Positions 63,241-64,000 of a stretch of DNA of 64,000 nucleotides are shown here, in pieces. The stretch lies in NCBI GenBank assembly GCA_027314515.1, contig DAHVAR010000238.1, positions 6,882-70,881 on the forward strand, given 5' to 3'. The position numbers and the translations under genes were made by a program. How positions within the stretch are numbered: the first letter of the stretch is position 1; every line of letters begins with the position of its first letter. A model generated the notes under the pieces. That model saw only the letters and a program-made list of their open reading frames with translations. It did no database searches and was not told the DNA's origin. Source of the DNA: Actinomycetota bacterium. GTDB lineage: Bacteria > Actinomycetota > Actinomycetes > Streptosporangiales > Streptosporangiaceae.

Positions 63241-64000
63241 ATGACGCCTGCCGCGGGAAGCGAGGCAACGATGCCGGGAGCAGGCGGCCAGACGGCGCCC
63301 CGGTCGATCAGCCCGGCGGTGGCACGCGCCTGGGTCGACCGCTGGGATGCTCAGCAGCAGGATTACCTGCCGGACCGGGAAGACAGGTTCACGGCATTGA
63401 TCGATGCCGTCGAGGCAGGTGCCGACCGTCCCGACCCGCTGGTGCTCGATCTCGGCTGCGGTCCCGGTTCGCTTGCGGTCCGGCTGCTGCGGCGGATTCC
63501 GGGCGCCACGGTCGTGGCGGTCGACGCCGATCCGCTGACCCTCGGCCTTGGCCGGGCCGCGTGGGCACAGGTGCCGGGGCTCCGGTTCGCGGATGCCGAC
63601 CTGCGTGCTCCCGGCTGGTCGGCTGGCCTTCGACTGGACCGGAAGCCCGATGCCGCGGTCAGCACGACAGCGTTGCACTGGCTGACCGGGCCTGCGCTGG
63701 CGGCTTTGTACGCCGAGCTTGCCACCGTTCTCCGGCCGGGCGGCCTGCTGCTGAATGGCGATCACATGGTCGACGATGACTCCCAGCCGACGCTGGCCCG
63801 GCTGGGCAGGGCGCTGATCGAGCGTGAGGAGCGGCGGCGGTTCCCCGACGGCCACCCGGAGACGTGGACGGACTGGTGGCAATCGGCTGCCGCCGATCCG
63901 GTACTCGCGCCCCTGGTCGCCGCACGGGAAGCCCGGCGAGTCGACTCCGAGCATCACGGCTCGCCGGCGAGCCGGCTGCAGGTGCACGTGGCGGCGCTTC
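63241..64000 (+). CDS. Class I SAM-dependent methyltransferase, 3' end outside the window
   Basis: The frame is open from ATG 63241 to the window end and is absent from the ORF track because it has no stop. Motif I is VLDLGCGPGSLAVRLL, followed by VVAVDADP and LRPGGLLLNGDH. Confidence 0.75.
   Translation, partial: MTPAAGSEATMPGAGGQTAPRSISPAVARAWVDRWDAQQQDYLPDREDRFTALIDAVEAGADRPDPLVLDLGCGPGSLAVRLLRRIPGATVVAVDADPLTLGLGRAAWAQVPGLRFADADLRAPGWSAGLRLDRKPDAAVSTTALHWLTGPALAALYAELATVLRPGGLLLNGDHMVDDDSQPTLARLGRALIEREERRRFPDGHPETWTDWWQSAAADPVLAPLVAAREARRVDSEHHGSPASRLQVHVAAL

Noticed and set aside
1-64000. tRNA, rRNA, tmRNA, RNase P or SRP RNA genes
   Set aside because: Scanning by eye found no T-loop-like GGTTCGAATCC/GTTCGAGTC segments and no long non-coding gaps large enough. 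The only structured RNA I can support is the ydaO-type leader.

Overview
This is a very GC-rich stretch of actinobacterial chromosomal core (GC judged by eye, not computed), with Streptomyces-like gene order. I call about 58 protein-coding genes, one decayed pseudogene, one riboswitch, a few hairpin terminators and many short tandem repeats. I see no rRNA, tRNA, CRISPR array, transposase or integrase.

Gene content, left to right:
- AAA+ ATPase tail, then the 5-oxoprolinase genes (pxpA plus a fused pxpB-pxpC) behind a 566-aa unknown gene.
- A peptide/nickel-type ABC importer: binding protein, two permeases and a fused double ATPase.
- A PAS-GAF-PP2C phosphatase directly upstream of the principal sigma factor (HrdB/SigA type).
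- A small zinc-ribbon protein, then a convergent topoisomerase-IV-like subunit B / subunit A pair.
- An SDR, an HFCD-type flavoprotein, a PfkB kinase, a CobU-like fusion, an aldo/keto reductase and a DUF3043 protein.
- The PspA-PspAA-HtpX-PspAB envelope-stress cluster.
- nadA, an erpA-like gene, an adenosine-kinase-like PfkB gene, a CtaG-like assembly protein, and a cysteine desulfurase plus TusA pair.
- The full aa3 oxidase and bc1 gene set (ctaCDF, ctaE, qcrCAB).
- trpD, a DnaQ-like exonuclease, and a ydaO-type (c-di-AMP) riboswitch in front of an NlpC/P60 hydrolase.
- A PimB-like GT4, an AbiEi/DUF559 gene, a fadD-like ligase, glucokinase with its upstream partner gene, a PlsC-like acyltransferase, glpK and pfkA.
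- A CGNR zinc-finger protein divergent from a methyltransferase that runs off the window end.

From memory, the order parallels M. tuberculosis Rv2187-Rv2204 and S. coelicolor about SCO2119-SCO2170, plus the hrdB-parE neighbourhood. Most of the window is therefore conserved housekeeping.

I did not find a convincing new multi-gene system. The signals that seem most worth follow-up are:
- Recurrent short tandem duplications (periods 9-30 bp) in intergenic gaps and, in frame, inside conserved enzymes such as GlpK and the ABC ATPase.
- An orphan pseudo-receiver gene between ctaE and trpD.
- A sulfur-relay pair and a CtaG-like protein flanking ctaC.
- A CobU-like fusion with a degenerate P-loop.
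- A solitary AbiEi-DUF559 gene inserted between pimB and fadD.
- A decayed methyltransferase between ctaF and qcrB.
- Perfect 20-bp direct repeats upstream of a PfkB kinase.

All family assignments are by-eye motif recognition. No searches were run.
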